NCBI RefSeq assembly: GCF_963921235.1
Contig: NC_086106.1
Span: 21,948,001-22,012,000 of the forward strand
Length of the DNA stretch: 64,000 nt
Source of the DNA: Mobula hypostoma
Taxonomy: Eukaryota
Direction of reading: 5' to 3'
Made by a program: the position numbers and the translations under genes. Below, in pieces: positions 1-13,500 of this stretch. The first letter of the stretch is position 1; the number at the start of each line of letters is the position of its first letter. Under the pieces are notes generated by a model that searched no databases, was not told the DNA's origin, and was given only the letters and a program-made list of their open reading frames with translations.

Positions 1-408
1 GAACAGTAATGGAGTGAATATGGAGAGGGCGTATTCGATGGTAGGAAAGTATAAAATCGGAGGACAGAGCCTACGAATAGATTGAAGAAATGATGAGGTA
101 TCCCTTTATCCAGAGAGTGCTAAGTCTGATGAATTGTTTTCCACAGGCAACTGTGGAGGCCAGGTCTTCTTATGCATTGAAGACAGAGATTGATAGATTA
201 TTATTATTTTTTTTGGCGGGGAATGAAGGGATGCAGGGAAAAGGCAACAGATTAGGACTGAGAGGAAATATAGTTCAACAATGTTGAAATGGAAGGCCAG
301 ACTCTAAGAACAAAATTACCAAATTTTACTGATAAGCTTATTACATTTTTGTCGATATCTAGCTCCTTTCCGTCATCTGGTCAACTTGTGAATTTCTGCA
401 AACAATAG

Positions 409-1674
409 TGTCATGGTCTGGTCCGTGAAGTCCGTATTCCGGTTCACGCTCCGGTCCATCGACCCTTGCTCCAGGTTTTCATGTCTACCCTGTGTATGTT
501 CTTGTTCAGCTCTAATTGAGGCAACTGATGCTCGTTGGGGCTGGTTGCATAAATACCTTCAGAGACTAGGGCGTGGCTGCTGGATTGTTCTTGTCCTTAC
601 TCCTTGTATCCCTTCCTCTGACTTCTGTTTCCTGCCTGAAGCCTTGCATGTGACTCTCGCTCGCCTGGAGTTCTCGTTTCGCCTTGCAATGTCTGAAGCC
701 CTCCCTTCCCGTGCCGGTAACTCTCGCCTCGCCTGAAGTTATGTCTTGCCTTGCATTGCCTGAAGCCTTGACATGTCTTGCTGTCTTGTCCTGGAGCCAC
801 CCGGTACCTAGCTCCCTTCCTGTCCCTTGCTTCCTTCGAGTAATCCAGACCGTCTTGCCGTTACTTGCGCTTGATTCTGTCCCTTCCTGTCCCTTGCTTC
901 CTTCGAGTAATCCAGACCGTCTTGCCGTTACTTGCGCTTGATTCTGTCCCTTCCTGTCCCTTGTCTCCGTAGGGGAATCCAGGCCGTTTTGTCGTTACCT
1001 GAGGTTGGTCTGTCCCTTCCTGTCCCTTGCCTCCGTCGGGTAAGCCAGACCGTCTTGCCGTTACCGACGGCTGGTTCTGACCTTCCTGCCCCTTGCCTCC
1101 GTCGGGTGGAGATCCGCGCCCTGCCCAGGAGGACCGCGCCCTGCCCAGGAGGAGCCTGCCTAGCCTAAAGCCTGATGACCCCAGCTTCCTGTCTAGCCTT
1201 AAGCCTGAAGACTCCAGCCTCCTTCCTAACCTGAAGCCTGAAGACTTCAGCCTCCTGCCTCCTGCCAAGGATCGCCTCAAGTCTCTAGCATCAAGACTGA
1301 AGACGCCATCCTCCTACCTCCTGCCAAGCTTCGCCTATAGCCTCAAGCGTGAAGACTCCAGGCTCCTGCCGCCAGCCAAGCCTCGCCTCTAGCCTCAAGC
1401 CTGAAAACTCCAGCCTTGTCCTGCCTGCCTGCCAAGCCTCGTCCTTGCCAAGTTCTGGGGTCCGAGCCAGAGGCAGGACACAAGTACTGGGTCCTTGTCC
1501 AGTCTCTGACTCGGAGTCCAAGCCTGGGCTTCTAGCTGTCTTGTCCAGTACTGTTCCTGTTTCCCGGTTTTCGTGTCCATGTCCTTGCCCTCAGCCTGTA
1601 TCCTTGTCCTGTCCCTAGTACTTCAGTGTCTGTGCCTTGCACTTGGGTACGTTCCGAGCCACCGCCTTATGACA
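409..1674 (+). mobile_element. Solo LTR with internal minisatellite arrays
   Basis: Starts TGTCAT (409) and ends ATGACA (1674), a 6-bp terminal inverted repeat. Flanks are AATAG / AATAT (4/5-matching target-site duplication). TATA-like ATAAATA near 548. Strand is tentative. Confidence 0.7.
813..1430. repeat. Tandem arrays inside the LTR (66-67 bp x ~4.4; 20 bp x 2; ~33 bp x several)
   Basis: Units starting TCCCTTCCTGTCCCTTG at 813, 880, 947, 1013 and ~1080. CCGCGCCCTGCCCAGGAGGA occurs twice (1114-1153). CTAGCCT.AAGCCTGAAGACTCCAGC-type units follow. Confidence 0.85.
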
Positions 1675-1818
1675 AATATTTGAGTCGTCAAAATTTTTTT
1701 GATGGCATTTAAGGTGTTCCGAGTAAAACGGTTATTGGCGAGGGGGGCGGGGGTAGGGGTGCGGAAGAGAGGTAGAGCAGTGTGCTAAGCACACGTCCTT
1801 TAAATGCACCAGCGTCGC

Positions 1819-2090
1819 TTATAAACATGGTAAATTATTTACTTCCGATTGGCAAAGACTGTGGTCTTCCACTGTGGAGCACGGATTTTGTAGCTTTTTG
1901 GATAGACCTCCAGTACTGATTGTGCTTAAAGCAGAGCTATCGTGAATATACTGCAGGATAGCGTAAGTGTTTGTATGATCCAAGTGATCCAAGGCCGCAT
2001 GTATAGCCAAGAGATGGTATCCGCGGTCGTCAAATTGTGGCGACAGACACACTACAGTTGATCCTGGTCCTCAGAACCAGAAGTCGAAAA
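1819..2090 (-). mobile_element. Rex1/Babar-like LINE RT fragment (decayed)
   Basis: Minus ORF AIHAALDHLDHTNTYAILQYIHDSSALSTI resembles the Rex1 RT motif ALH.AL.HLD..NTYVRMLF.DYSSAFNTI. Confidence 0.55.
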
Positions 2091-2111
2091 TGTTCTGCAT
2101 GCTATGCATGT

Positions 2112-2873
2112 CATAGAACATAGAACATAGAATAGTACAGCATATTTCAGGCCCTTCGGCCCACAATGTTGTCCTGACCCTCAAACCCTGCCACCCATAT
2201 AAACCCCACCTTAAGTTCCTCTATTTACCTGTCTAGTAGTCTCTTAAACTTCATTCGTGTATCTGCCTCTAACACTGACTCAGGCAGTGCATTCCACGCA
2301 GCAACCACTCTCTGAGTAAAAAAAAACTTCCTCTAATATCCCCCTTGAACTTCCCACCCCTTACCTTAAAGCCATGTCCTCTTGTATTGAGCAGTGGAGA
2401 CCTGAGGAAAAGGCGCCGGCTATGCGCTCTATCTATTCATCTTATTATCTTGTACACCTCTATCATGTCTCCTCTCATCCTCCTTCTCTCGAAAGAGTAA
2501 AGCCGCAGCTCTGATCATAATGCATACTCACTAAACCAGTCAGCATCCTGGTAAATATCCTCTGTACCCTTTACAATGCTTCCAAATCCTTCCTATTGTG
2601 AGGCGACCAGAACTGGACAGAATACTTCAAGTGTGGCCTAACCAGAGTTTTATAGAACTGCATCATTACATCGCGACTATTAAACACTATTCCTCGACTT
2701 ATGAAAGCTAACACCCCATAACCTTTCTTAACTACCCTATCTAACTGGGAGGCAAATTTCAGGGATCTGTGGACATGTACCCCGAGATCCCTCTGCTCCT
2801 CCACACTACTATCCTGCCATTTACTTTGTACTCTGCCTTGGAGTATGTCCTTCCAAAGTGTACCACCTCACAC
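2112..2873 (-). mobile_element. CR1 LINE 3' fragment
   Basis: Minus ORF EEQRDLGVHVHRSLK...YKTLVRPHLKYSVQFWSPH is the CR1 ORF2 C-terminus. The (CATAGAA)n repeat at 2112 is the tail read in reverse. Confidence 0.85.
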
Positions 2874-5774
2874 GTCATGTCGGGAGCGGCGAATTATTTA
2901 TTTAATATCAGAGTTTATATTATAAGTGGCACAATCAGTAAACTCATCTATAGCTCATATTGCATTAAGAGAAGCTGTGCTTGTTGTCAATTGATGTGTT
3001 AATGGTGAAGGAGGGACATTATCTTAAACCTCGGAGAGCAAATAGGAAATTCCATTGCATATTTTTGCCCAAAGGACATATGCAGCAATGATTCCATTAA
3101 AAAAAAACATCTCTTTTTGGATGTGTATCATCGGATGAAGAATTATGTAGAGAAGAGCAGTTTAGAACCCTAGCAAATAGAAGATGATTTATATATTCTC
3201 TGCAGTTTTCACCCGGGATTGAGCCTAATATCAGTAAAGACAAATTGAAAATATCACCCATCTCTTCTGTGTTTCTGGTTCGCGAGATGTAAAGTAGAAA
3301 ACCAGATCAGCATAAGTTCCCTACTTTATTAATGGAGAAAATAAATGTCATGCCACTTATGAGCGTTACGTGGCGCAATTGAGACTGTCAGCATCGACCG
3401 AAGCATTGCTTTATATACGATTTGTCTTTCTCGAAGTAAGCTATGGAACGCAGATATTAGTGATAATTTTTGAAGACCGACTAATATCTAAATGGCCTAC
3501 AAACCGCACATTCGACGTCTCCCGCCTTGCTAAAAAAAAAATAAAATAAAAATGACACTGTGTTCTTTCATTTTCCTGGCTGTTTCTGTGCTGCAGGGAT
3601 ATCTGAAATTATTTTATTTTCACTAACACATGCTCCTTTCTGAACTTTACACAGTTTGATGAAACGCTTATCCACTCCATGTGCATTCCTCCCAGACAAA
3701 TAACGAAACGAAACAGTCACATTTCATCCAGTCTTGCTGTCTCGCAATTCCTTCATCGAGAAAACTGCGTCTTTTTTTCCCTACCTCTTTTCGTCATTTT
3801 ATGTGACTACTCTTTCTGCCATGCATGAGATGTTTCATCATCTGCGACCAACGATTCTAATTTCCTGGGGGTTCCCAATAACGATAGGAATTAGGACACC
3901 TCTCCTTCTAACTGCAATTACCAGATAGCCCGAGACGTCTACGATCTAACATTATGAAAATTCAATTCACAGATATCATGTAATTCACTCCATGTTTGTT
4001 TCTTTCTCTCTTTATCCGCAGAAGTGCTTCCATAAGTCTCTTACTTCAAGCACCTTCAGTCCCGTGTTTCCCAGTGTCCTACAATTCAAGACTTTAATAG
4101 ATTTGCTTTTCCCTGATACCATGGAACAAATATATACCTTTTGCCAAATGCCGCCATCTGCTCAGACTCCACAACTTTCCTGGGCCCCTGCACTTTTTAT
4201 TTAATACCGTATTCACGAACCTGCAATTATCTACTCTCAATACCTCCATGTATTCGCGTTATCACCAGCCTTCCGTTTATGATATGCTTCCACCTTTCAA
4301 ACACCGTTCCACACCTGCATGCACCAAGAGCTTTCCAGTTCTTCATGACGTTTTGTTTAGTTTAGTTTTGTTTTGTTTTCTCTATACTCCCTCTATCTCT
4401 CGCTATTACGGCTTTCAAGTCTGGGATTTGATTAAAAAAAAAACAAATTATACCCGAAGCGTGAACGATCGTTTTGCCTTCAGAGACGCTGCTTGACCAG
4501 ATGGTAATGATCCAGAAGATTTTCAGTGGGATTTTCATCATATCATATCCAGATATTGCAAGTGTGACATGACAGCAAAGGTTATTCAGAAGCCGGAGAG
4601 GCGTCTGCAGAAGTATAATCAACGTTAATACATCAGAATGATGTTTCGATCTAATCCCGAGTTTCAATTGATTTTCGGCAGGAACTTGATACAATCCATA
4701 ATACAGAGAGGCAAAGCCTGCTTTGATATAAACGCCTGGTGACATTCCGATATATGACCAAGCGGTTGCATGTCTATTATTTAAAGACATGCAGGTTTAT
4801 TTTGTGTTATGCTACGCAGGACCTGATGAAATATATATGAGGACTGATCTCAAATATAAGTGACGCAATGCACATGCCCAATGAAACATTACATGTAGAT
4901 GAAGCTGTGCAATTCTAACATCCCCAAGAGCTTGAAAATTTGATATTGTAGGATTTATGCAGTAAAGAGGGGTGTGTGGAATAATGGTCACTGATATAAA
5001 GTGCCAACAATATACGGAGAACACAATGCACCCAAATACGGAGAGCCTTCAAGACAATGTACACATTGACAACCTGCTCTAAATATACATTGGTCAAGGC
5101 AGAGGCAGTGCAGAGTATCATCTATACATATACAGTATATGTGCCGAGATGGTCGCATTGTGACGAGGCATTGTGTGAAAAAAAAACAGAACAAAATGTC
5201 TGTCATAATATAAAGAGAAACGCTACAGAATACTAGCCCTGTAATACAAAGAAGCACAAGATCTTGTGAGATATAATGAAAAATATAGTTGACTGAGTTG
5301 AAGACATATTTGCGATACTGTCTCTCCAGAACCTATGTAATGCCAGTGTATTTGCTCAGAGTACCATGATATCCCTTTACATAGAGATGTGCAATGTATA
5401 TTCAGATATACTACACATTCCGTTCTAAACACCTATCTGGCATACTTCGATCAGGATCACAACGCGCCCGGAAGACTCACACTTATCCCTGGATAGTATT
5501 TCAGAAAGTGTCAAAATGTGCAACATCGACACAGTACAATAGTTACAATGCCATACGGAGGTAAGTAGAATACAATATGAACAGAGTCGTTATGTAATTC
5601 ATATAGAGCAGAATATAGCTGGGACAAGTGAATGCACTTTAAAGTGAAATTTGAATCTGTATGGTAACGGATCATCAGTCATTTAACCAAGGGCAACGGT
5701 CCGCATAATATGCAACGTTTCAAGTGAAGATGAGATGCAAACTTATACAGGACTAGTAAAATAGAGTTAACGGA

Positions 5775-5776
<2 letters not shown>

Positions 5777-5805
<29 letters not shown>
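5777..5805. repeat. (ATT)n microsatellite
   Basis: Direct read of about 9 ATT units. Confidence 0.9.
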
Positions 5806-5806
<1 letters not shown>

Positions 5807-6472
5807 GCAGGGATGGCCATTAAGAAACAGATTTTTTAAAAAAAGTACAGCATAGCATTTATTGCAGCAGGGCCGGCGGTAATATAGGAACCTACAGACT
5901 CTTGTGTGCTATGAACACAGAGTGAACGTATATCTTGATACTTGCAGGCACATTAAGCATTTTGCCATAAACAGGCACATGACTGTGTGAGTGTATACTG
6001 GCCTAATCCGGTACATACAAATAAAAGGCAAACATGATAAAATATTTTGTGGTCATCGGACCTCAAAATGTATCAGAAATTGATTCCTTAGATGGCACAC
6101 AGCAGAACATAGAGCATGGAAATGTACAGAACATGAATAGGATATTCTGCCCACGAAGTTCTGAAAAAAAAATCATTAAGGTTATGATGTGTATAGGTTT
6201 TGTCACACGTGGTTCCTATCAACTTTATGCGCAGCGAATTCATGTGACCACCAATGTTATATACATTTCTGAGTCATTGCCGTAATAGTAAAAAACAAAA
6301 AGTAACGACCCAGTGCAGTAATGTTAGTATCTGGCCGCTCATAATGCAAGGAGCCATCATCTCCCCGTGGGAGTATAATTTTTTTTTTTTTATATGCTAT
6401 TCAGCGATGTGCATCTTATCTCCTACCCGTGGTTCTGTCAGCCTCATCTGTTACATTCTCTGACAACATATA

Positions 6473-7200
6473 CAGTGGCATGCAGAACTTTGGCCACATC
6501 TGGTAAAAAGTTCTGTCATTGGGAATAGCTAAGCGAGTAAAAGATGAACAGATTTCTAAAAGGCATAAAGTTAAAGATCACACATTTCTGTAATATCTTA
6601 AGCAGGAAAACGTTTTTTCCCATCTTTTGCAGTTTCAAAATAACAAAAAAGGGACGAGTACGAAGCTAAAGTTTGGAGATCATGCATTCATCAGTTCTTA
6701 GTAACACCCCCTTTGGAAAGCGTCACAGCCTGTAAACGCTTTCTGTAGCCAGCTAAGAGACTTTCAATTCTTATTTGCGGATTTTGGCCCCTTTGTCCTT
6801 GCAAGAGGCACGCACTGCTCTTTTGAGGTCTACCCACAGATTATCGATGATGTCAGACGCCAGGGGACTGTGAGGTTCATGGCAAAATCTTCAGCTTGCG
6901 CCTCTTTAGGTAATCCATTATGGATTTTGAGGTGTGTTTAAGATCATTATCCTGTTATCTTAGCCATCCTCTTTTCTTCCCCGGCTTTTTTACAGACGCG
7001 GTGATACATTCTATCAACATTTTCTGGTATTTAATTAAATTCATTGTTCCCTCTACCTGTACATGTTCCCTGTGCTACAGGCTGCAACAGAAGGCCAAAG
7101 CATGATCATCCACCCCCGTGCTAAACAGTTGGAGAGGGGTTCTCCAAGCATAGCTTTGTTCATTGCGGCAAAAAAGTTCTATTTTAACTTCATCAGTCAA
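6473..7200 (-). mobile_element. Tc1/mariner DNA transposon remnant
   Basis: TA|CAGTGGCATGCAGAACTTTGG terminal-repeat-like start. The minus strand near 7090-7125 resembles the Tc1 transposase KHGGGSIMLW motif. Heavily decayed. Confidence 0.6.
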
Positions 7201-7209
7201 AGGACTTGC

Positions 7210-8720
7210 TTTCCCTTTCGTAAACCCTTCTTTTCCACTTGACTAGATTTACAATGGCATTTGTACACCACGGTTCCTGCACCCTACCACCCTTTCCCTG
7301 TCTCATTCGAACGTACCTGTGGAGAAACCCACGCAGATACCCCCTGAGCATGTGCCACATTTTTTTTCCTTCCGTTTCCCTGAGAACATTTGTTTCCAAT
7401 TTCCTCTTCCAAGTTCCTGTCTGATATCCTCATATTTCCATTTACACCAAGTAAGCGCTTTCCTAACTTGTCTGCCCCTATCCCTCTCCAATGCTATGGT
7501 AAAGCAGATAGAATTCTGAACACTATCTCTAAATAATCTTCCACTGAGAGATCTGAGATCTGACCAGGTAAATTTCCCAAAACCAGATCAAATACAGGCC
7601 ATTTGGAATGTAGGCCTATCCACATATCGTGTCAAAAAAAAACTTCCTGAACACACCTAACAAACCGACTTCATCTAAACTCCTCGCTTGAGCGGGACGC
7701 TAGCCGATATTTAGCAAATTAAAATCTGCTACCACAGTGACCCTGTTATAATCACACCGTTCCAGAATCTGTATCCCTATATGCTCCTCAATGTGCCTGT
7801 TACGATTGGCTGATCTATAAATAACACCCAGTTAAGTTATTGACCCCTTCCTCGCCCTAACTTCCAACGATAGAGAATCAGTAGATAATCCATTCATAGT
7901 CAACAGTGCCACGCCCCCACCTTGTTTCCCCCCTCCTCGTCCTTCCTAAAACATCTAAATCATGGTACTCTAAAAACCATTCCTGTTCTTGAGCCAACTA
8001 AGTCTCTGTAATGGCAAAAACATCGTATCTCCAAGTACTGATCCACGCTCAATGCTCAAACAATTTGTTCATTATATTCCTTGCATTAAAATAGACACAT
8101 CTCAAATTAAACTATCGGTATGAGCACTATCCCTTCTCGATTTCCTGCCTATCCTCGCTCTCGCATTGTCTCAAAGCTTTCTCTATTTGTGAGCCAACCA
8201 CCTTTTCCTCCGTTACTCCGTTCGCTTCCCATCCCCATGCAATTCTAGTTAAACTCTCCCCAATGGTCTTTGCAAATTTCCCCACCAGGATATTTGTCCC
8301 CTTGGGATTGAAGCACAATCCGACCATTTTGTACATGGCACACCTGCCCCGGAAGAGGCCCCGATGATTCATAAATCGGAATCCCTGCACTCTGCTGCAA
8401 ACCCTAAGCAACGCATTAATCCTCCACCTCATTCTATTGTTATGCTCACTGATATGAGCAGCAGAGAGTAATCCCAAGATTACTATTTTTGAGGTCCTGC
8501 TTCTCAACTTCGTCCCTAACTCCCTGTCGTCCGCTTTCTGGTTCTCCTCCAGTGTTGCTACCTATGTCTTTGGTACCAAAATGTACCACTGCCTCTGGCT
8601 GTTCTCCTTCCCACTTCAGGATATTGTGGACGCGATGAGAAACATCTCGGATCCTGACACCTGGCGGAAATCTACCATCCGTGTTTCTTTCCTGCGCCAC
8701 AGAATCGCCTGTCTGACCCC
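7210..8720 (-). mobile_element. CR1 LINE fragment (ORF1 esterase end + ORF2 endonuclease)
   Basis: Minus ORFs contain VVHFGTKDIG and RMRWRINALLRVCSRVQGFRFM (CR1 ORF1 SGNH-like domain), followed by endonuclease-region remnants. Confidence 0.75.
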
Positions 8721-8969
8721 ATAGCTACTTTACTTTATTTTACTTCACTTTACTTTTTTGTTGCTAAACAATTGATACCAGACCATAAAATCACCACAAC
8801 ATTATTTGATGATGCGTTTCGCGCTCCCTGAAGTTCAAAACGAGAGTAAGTAGTAAACGTGTAAATTATAAATCATAAATAGAAAATAGAAAAAGGAGGG
8901 AGGCGTTAGTGCAAAAAAAAAAAAAAACGAGAGGCAATTCCGAATATTTGGATGGTACTGCCCAGATCC

Positions 8970-9830
8970 GTGTCAGGATCTGTTCAGCAGTCCTATCACA
9001 CTTGGACAGAAGCTGCTTCCAAAACTGGTCATACGAGTCTTCAAGTTCCTGACCCTTCTCCCGGAGTGAAGAGGGACTAAAAGTGTACTGGTTGGACGGG
9101 TCGTGTCTTTCATTATCCTGGAAACACTGCTCCGACTGTGTGCGGTGTAAAGCGAGTGTGCGGTGTAAAGGACGGAAGATTGGTTTCTCTGATATGCTGG
9201 GCTGTGTTCACGATCTTCTGCAGCATCTTCCGGTTTTGAACAGGACAACTTCCATACCAGGTTGTGAGCACTTTAGAAGAATGTTTTCTACGGGGCATCT
9301 ATAAAACAGTAGTGAGGGTTTTACGTGACAGGCCCAATTTCTTTATCTTTCTCAGGAAGTAAAGCCGCTGGCGGGTCTGCTTGGTTGGACCAAGTCAGGT
9401 CATTTGTGATATTGACCCCGAGGAACTGAAAGCTTTTGTCCTGTTCTTCTTGCGCACCACCGATGTAAATAGGGTCGTGCGGTCCGCTACTCCTTCTGAA
9501 GTCAACAATCAATTCCTTCGTCTTGCTGATGTTGAGGGATAGGTTATTGTCTTCGCACCATTCCACCAGATTCTTAATTTCCTCTCTGTACTCAAACGCA
9601 TCATTACCCTAGATACCGCCTACAGTTGTGGTGTCATCAGCAAACTTATGTGTTGCATTCGATGGAAACTTGGCTACACAATGATGGGTGTACAGTGAGT
9701 ACAGCAGGGGGCTGAGCGCACAGGCTTGTGTGCCACCCGTGCTCAGCGTGAGTGTAGAGGAGAGATTGTCCCCGATTTTACAGCCTGGGTTCTGTCTGTA
9801 AGGAAGTTCAAGATCCAGCTGACGATCTGA
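8970..9830 (-). mobile_element. Rex1/Babar-like LINE 3' fragment
   Basis: Minus ORF EWCEDNNLSLNISKTKELIVDFRR...FQFLGVNITNDLTWS and downstream RNRKMLQKIVNTAQHI are typical of the Rex1-type RT C-terminus. Confidence 0.8.
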
Positions 9831-10899
9831 GTTTCGGAGAGTAAGAATCAGTTTATTTGGAATTATGGTAACTATAGAGCCTATATCACTGCTGACTCCT
9901 CTTTCTCTCCCTACATTTCTGAACTATAGGCCCAAACTCTGTGTAGAGTCCCGGCCGCTGTTGCTTCGCCTAGGTCGGCCGTCTCATCCAACAGTACTCA
10001 AACATGACTACTTTTTGTTAAAGGGTTAGCCAGTGGGGTAACCTCCGGCATCTGCCACTTGCCCTTACTTGGATAATTACACATGTTCCGGCATTAAAAA
10101 AATAATAAAGAAAAGGCCAAATATACCTCGATGAACACAGATCGCAAAATTCATTTTAAAGCTTGAAATTCTGCACTGATCAGCAGGCAATATGTAAACA
10201 CGAGGAGTTCTGGAGATGCTGGAAATTCAAGCAACTTTGATGTGTGTAGCTGTCAATACGTGTGGTTTGGACGTGGACAGTAGATTTTGGGATCCTCTGC
10301 ATTGTTTATGAATATAATATTGCTTTATTCAGCAAAATAAGGAGAATCCGTTACTGCAGCAAATGTCTGAAACATGCAGAGCATGAATTGTACAACTAAA
10401 ACTGGCCGTAAAATTAAAAAAACAATCGCACTCCATCATACGAATGTAATATAATTCGTATTTTGTGAACTAAATTGTATAAAAAATGAATTAAATCCAA
10501 TACAGAGATATATAGTTGTTAGAGTTAGACTGTTGAGATCAATGCAGTTCCAACACCAGATTGGAAACAAACAAAAAAAAGAAGAAAAATGGTGATAAAG
10601 AAGTCAAAAAAAGAGGGCGATGTCTCATTGTTCCTGCTATTAGACAGTAAAATAACCGTTAAAAGTACTTCGTAAATAACAAGTATAACAATCAAGGAGA
10701 CTATTTTTGAAAGTTCAGTCGCAGTAAAATGTAGCCAATGCAAAACTTCCTATAATATCGACAAACAGTGTCAAGATTAAGAAAAAATGATGTCTTAACT
10801 CGGTCGATGGATATATTCCTTGAAACGAGGCAGGTTAAAGTGTACAAACACAGGATCGAAGGCAATGCATGGACTCATGTGTTAATATGAACACCATAG

Positions 10900-11560
10900 T
10901 CGGACTTAGGTCATGCAGACATGGAACAGCACAGCAGAGAAACAGGCATTTTAGACCATCTGGTCAATGTTGAGCTTATTTAAACGGCCTACTGCACTTG
11001 TCCTGCAAAGGGAGCATTGCCTCCATACCATTCCTGTCCACGTACCTGTCCAAGCTTTGATTAAACTTTGAAATAGAGCTTGCATGCACCAGTTGTTCCA
11101 CATTCCCTCGAAGCTCGCAGTGAAGAAGATTCCCCTCATGTTCAATTTACACTTTTCGACATTATCTTTAGTCCCACGTAAACTCAGTGGGGAAAAAATA
11201 CTATTGCATTTACCCTTTGCACACATCTCCTAAACCTAAGAAATATGTTCTGTGATTTTAATATGTTCCACCGAAAAAGACTCTGAAATAATTAATCATT
11301 CCTTATAACTGGGCTTCTCAAGATGCGGAACGTCCTTATAAACATTGTTTACACTTTTTCAACCTTATTTACACTCTTTTTCTCTGCAAATAAGGGGAAA
11401 AAAATCAGAAAATAATACAGGTAGAGCCTCAGCAGTGTTTTATCTAACGTTCAAATAACATCCCATGTACTACACTCAGTATTTTGATTCATCAAAGCCA
11501 AAGTGCCCGAGGCTTTCTTAACGATCAAAACTACCTTCGACATCACTGTTTCTTCCGTTT
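10900..11560 (-). mobile_element. Decayed CR1 3' fragments
   Basis: Reverse-complement similarity to the CR1 3' end/UTR; no intact ORF. Confidence 0.5.
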
Positions 11561-11833
11561 GTTCTATCAAACTCATCGTCACGTAGACATTCATTTTTTT
11601 TTCTCCGCCAGGGACACGATATTGTTTTTTTTTTCTTTTGAAAATCAAGGTTCCCTGCACCTGGTATCTTTATTTTGTATTCTGACATTATCCTAGACGC
11701 GTCGGTATCTCAATATTTCAGTTTTGACGACCTGCTGTTTACAAGTACACATTTGCCAGTAAGCAAGCTCTCTCAATTCAGACTTGCTTGATCCCTTGTG
11801 ATACCATCTGCACTGGCCTTTCACCAATTTAGA

Positions 11834-12009
11834 NNNNNNNNNNNNNNNNNNNNNNNNNNNNNNNNNNNNNNNNNNNNNNNNNNNNNNNNNNNNNNNNNNN
11901 NNNNNNNNNNNNNNNNNNNNNNNNNNNNNNNNNNNNNNNNNNNNNNNNNNNNNNNNNNNNNNNNNNNNNNNNNNNNNNNNNNNNNNNNNNNNNNNNNNNN
12001 NNNNNNNNN
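11834..12009. other. Assembly gap (176 N)
   Basis: Run of N. Confidence 1.
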
Positions 12010-13419
12010 GATGTGCCTCAGACCGGAGCGATGTCCACTTAGAACATAAAGGAGGAGGATTTTCTTCATCGAAGTGGAGCGTATTCTTTGCAATTCAGTG
12101 TTTAAAAAAAGCGCTGTGGACGCCAAGTGTCACAAGACATTTAAGTGGCCTTTGATATGTCCTTGATTAGTTAGGGCGTCAGGTTTCCGGGACGCGGGGG
12201 GGGGGGGGGGGAGACAGGAAAATAGGGTTGTAAGTGTTAATAAATTAGCCGTGATAGAATTGAGGAGCAGAATCGCTGAGACGCATTACCTTATTCTGCT
12301 CCAATGTTTTACAGCCATGTGATTTACTTGTTTGAGCATTCTTAAGGGCCGCGTAATTCCCAGGGCCAACGTAGCATGCTTATTACGTCATTCTTTAGAA
12401 TGTGAAATAAATCGACATTCCCGACTAAAACAAAGTGGGCACGTGGAGAACGTACAAACCCATTACAGGCGTCATCGGGAATGGACGACCTAACGGAGAA
12501 TTATCGCTTTAATGGTTTCTGCTAACTTGTGCTCTACCACGTCATTGCAGCAGATTGAACGCTGTGCAACATGATGTGCTACTATGCCATGTCAGCATGA
12601 AAAGCCAGCCTTTAATTAAATTAAATCGGGACACGAAATCGGTACATAAGAGTAAGAAAAGGACCAGTATCATATCGCTCAACTAGTGTCAGGTTATCTT
12701 CATTTTGACATTCAACTTTTGTCATGCGCATATATATATATATGTGTGCATTTGGTGAGTATTTGCTTTTCAGGGATTATGAACACATTTTGAAAACTGC
12801 AGAATAACTCAAGTCTGCGCTGTTCTGTGGAATTTTAACATCAAAAATGCTATCTGGCATCCAGCTGGTTGCAATATTTTTAAAAATTGATGTGAATGCC
12901 CAACAATTCTGAGAGAATGCTGCACAAGCTAATGATAATCATTCAAATGAGAACTTTCTGGTTAGTTGTGGGAAAATGTTAATCAGCTTACTAATGTGAT
13001 TATATCTGTAGTGATCACAGATGGACTCGAGCTAGGTGTTGATATAAATAATGTCAGAAATGTAAATCCCAGATTAGAATGCAGAAGGACAGAAACGGAA
13101 CATATTTGTCCCCACCAACGCATAACATATTTTCAGAGAGAGAGATGCAAATATTCAAACTATCGACCAGTAATGGTTAATGTATCAGTTATGTTTCTGT
13201 CAGCTGGAGGAGATTAAATTAGAAATGTTATTCAGGATCAATCTGGGTCTTTTTCCCCGTAATCACAGGGAATCGGAACGTACTGATTACGGGTCCAGTG
13301 CAATTCAATAACTCACCCGCTCTCTTTATCCCTGCCCAGTTATCGTCCTAATTATATTTTTTTTTGTTTTCTTTTTTTCCTCTCAGAACTGGTTTTATAC
13401 AGAGATACCGAATGAATGA

Positions 13420-13443
13420 AGGAATAAATAAATAAATAGATAG

Positions 13444-13474
<31 letters not shown>

Positions 13475-13500
13475 GATATTTTCCATAATAATAATAATAA
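13420..13500. repeat. (ATAG)n and (AAT)n microsatellites
   Basis: Direct read. Confidence 0.85.

Noticed and set aside
413-1618. Several repetitive Pro/Ser/Leu/Arg-rich ORFs on both strands
   Set aside because: They are by-products of tandem arrays inside the solo LTR.
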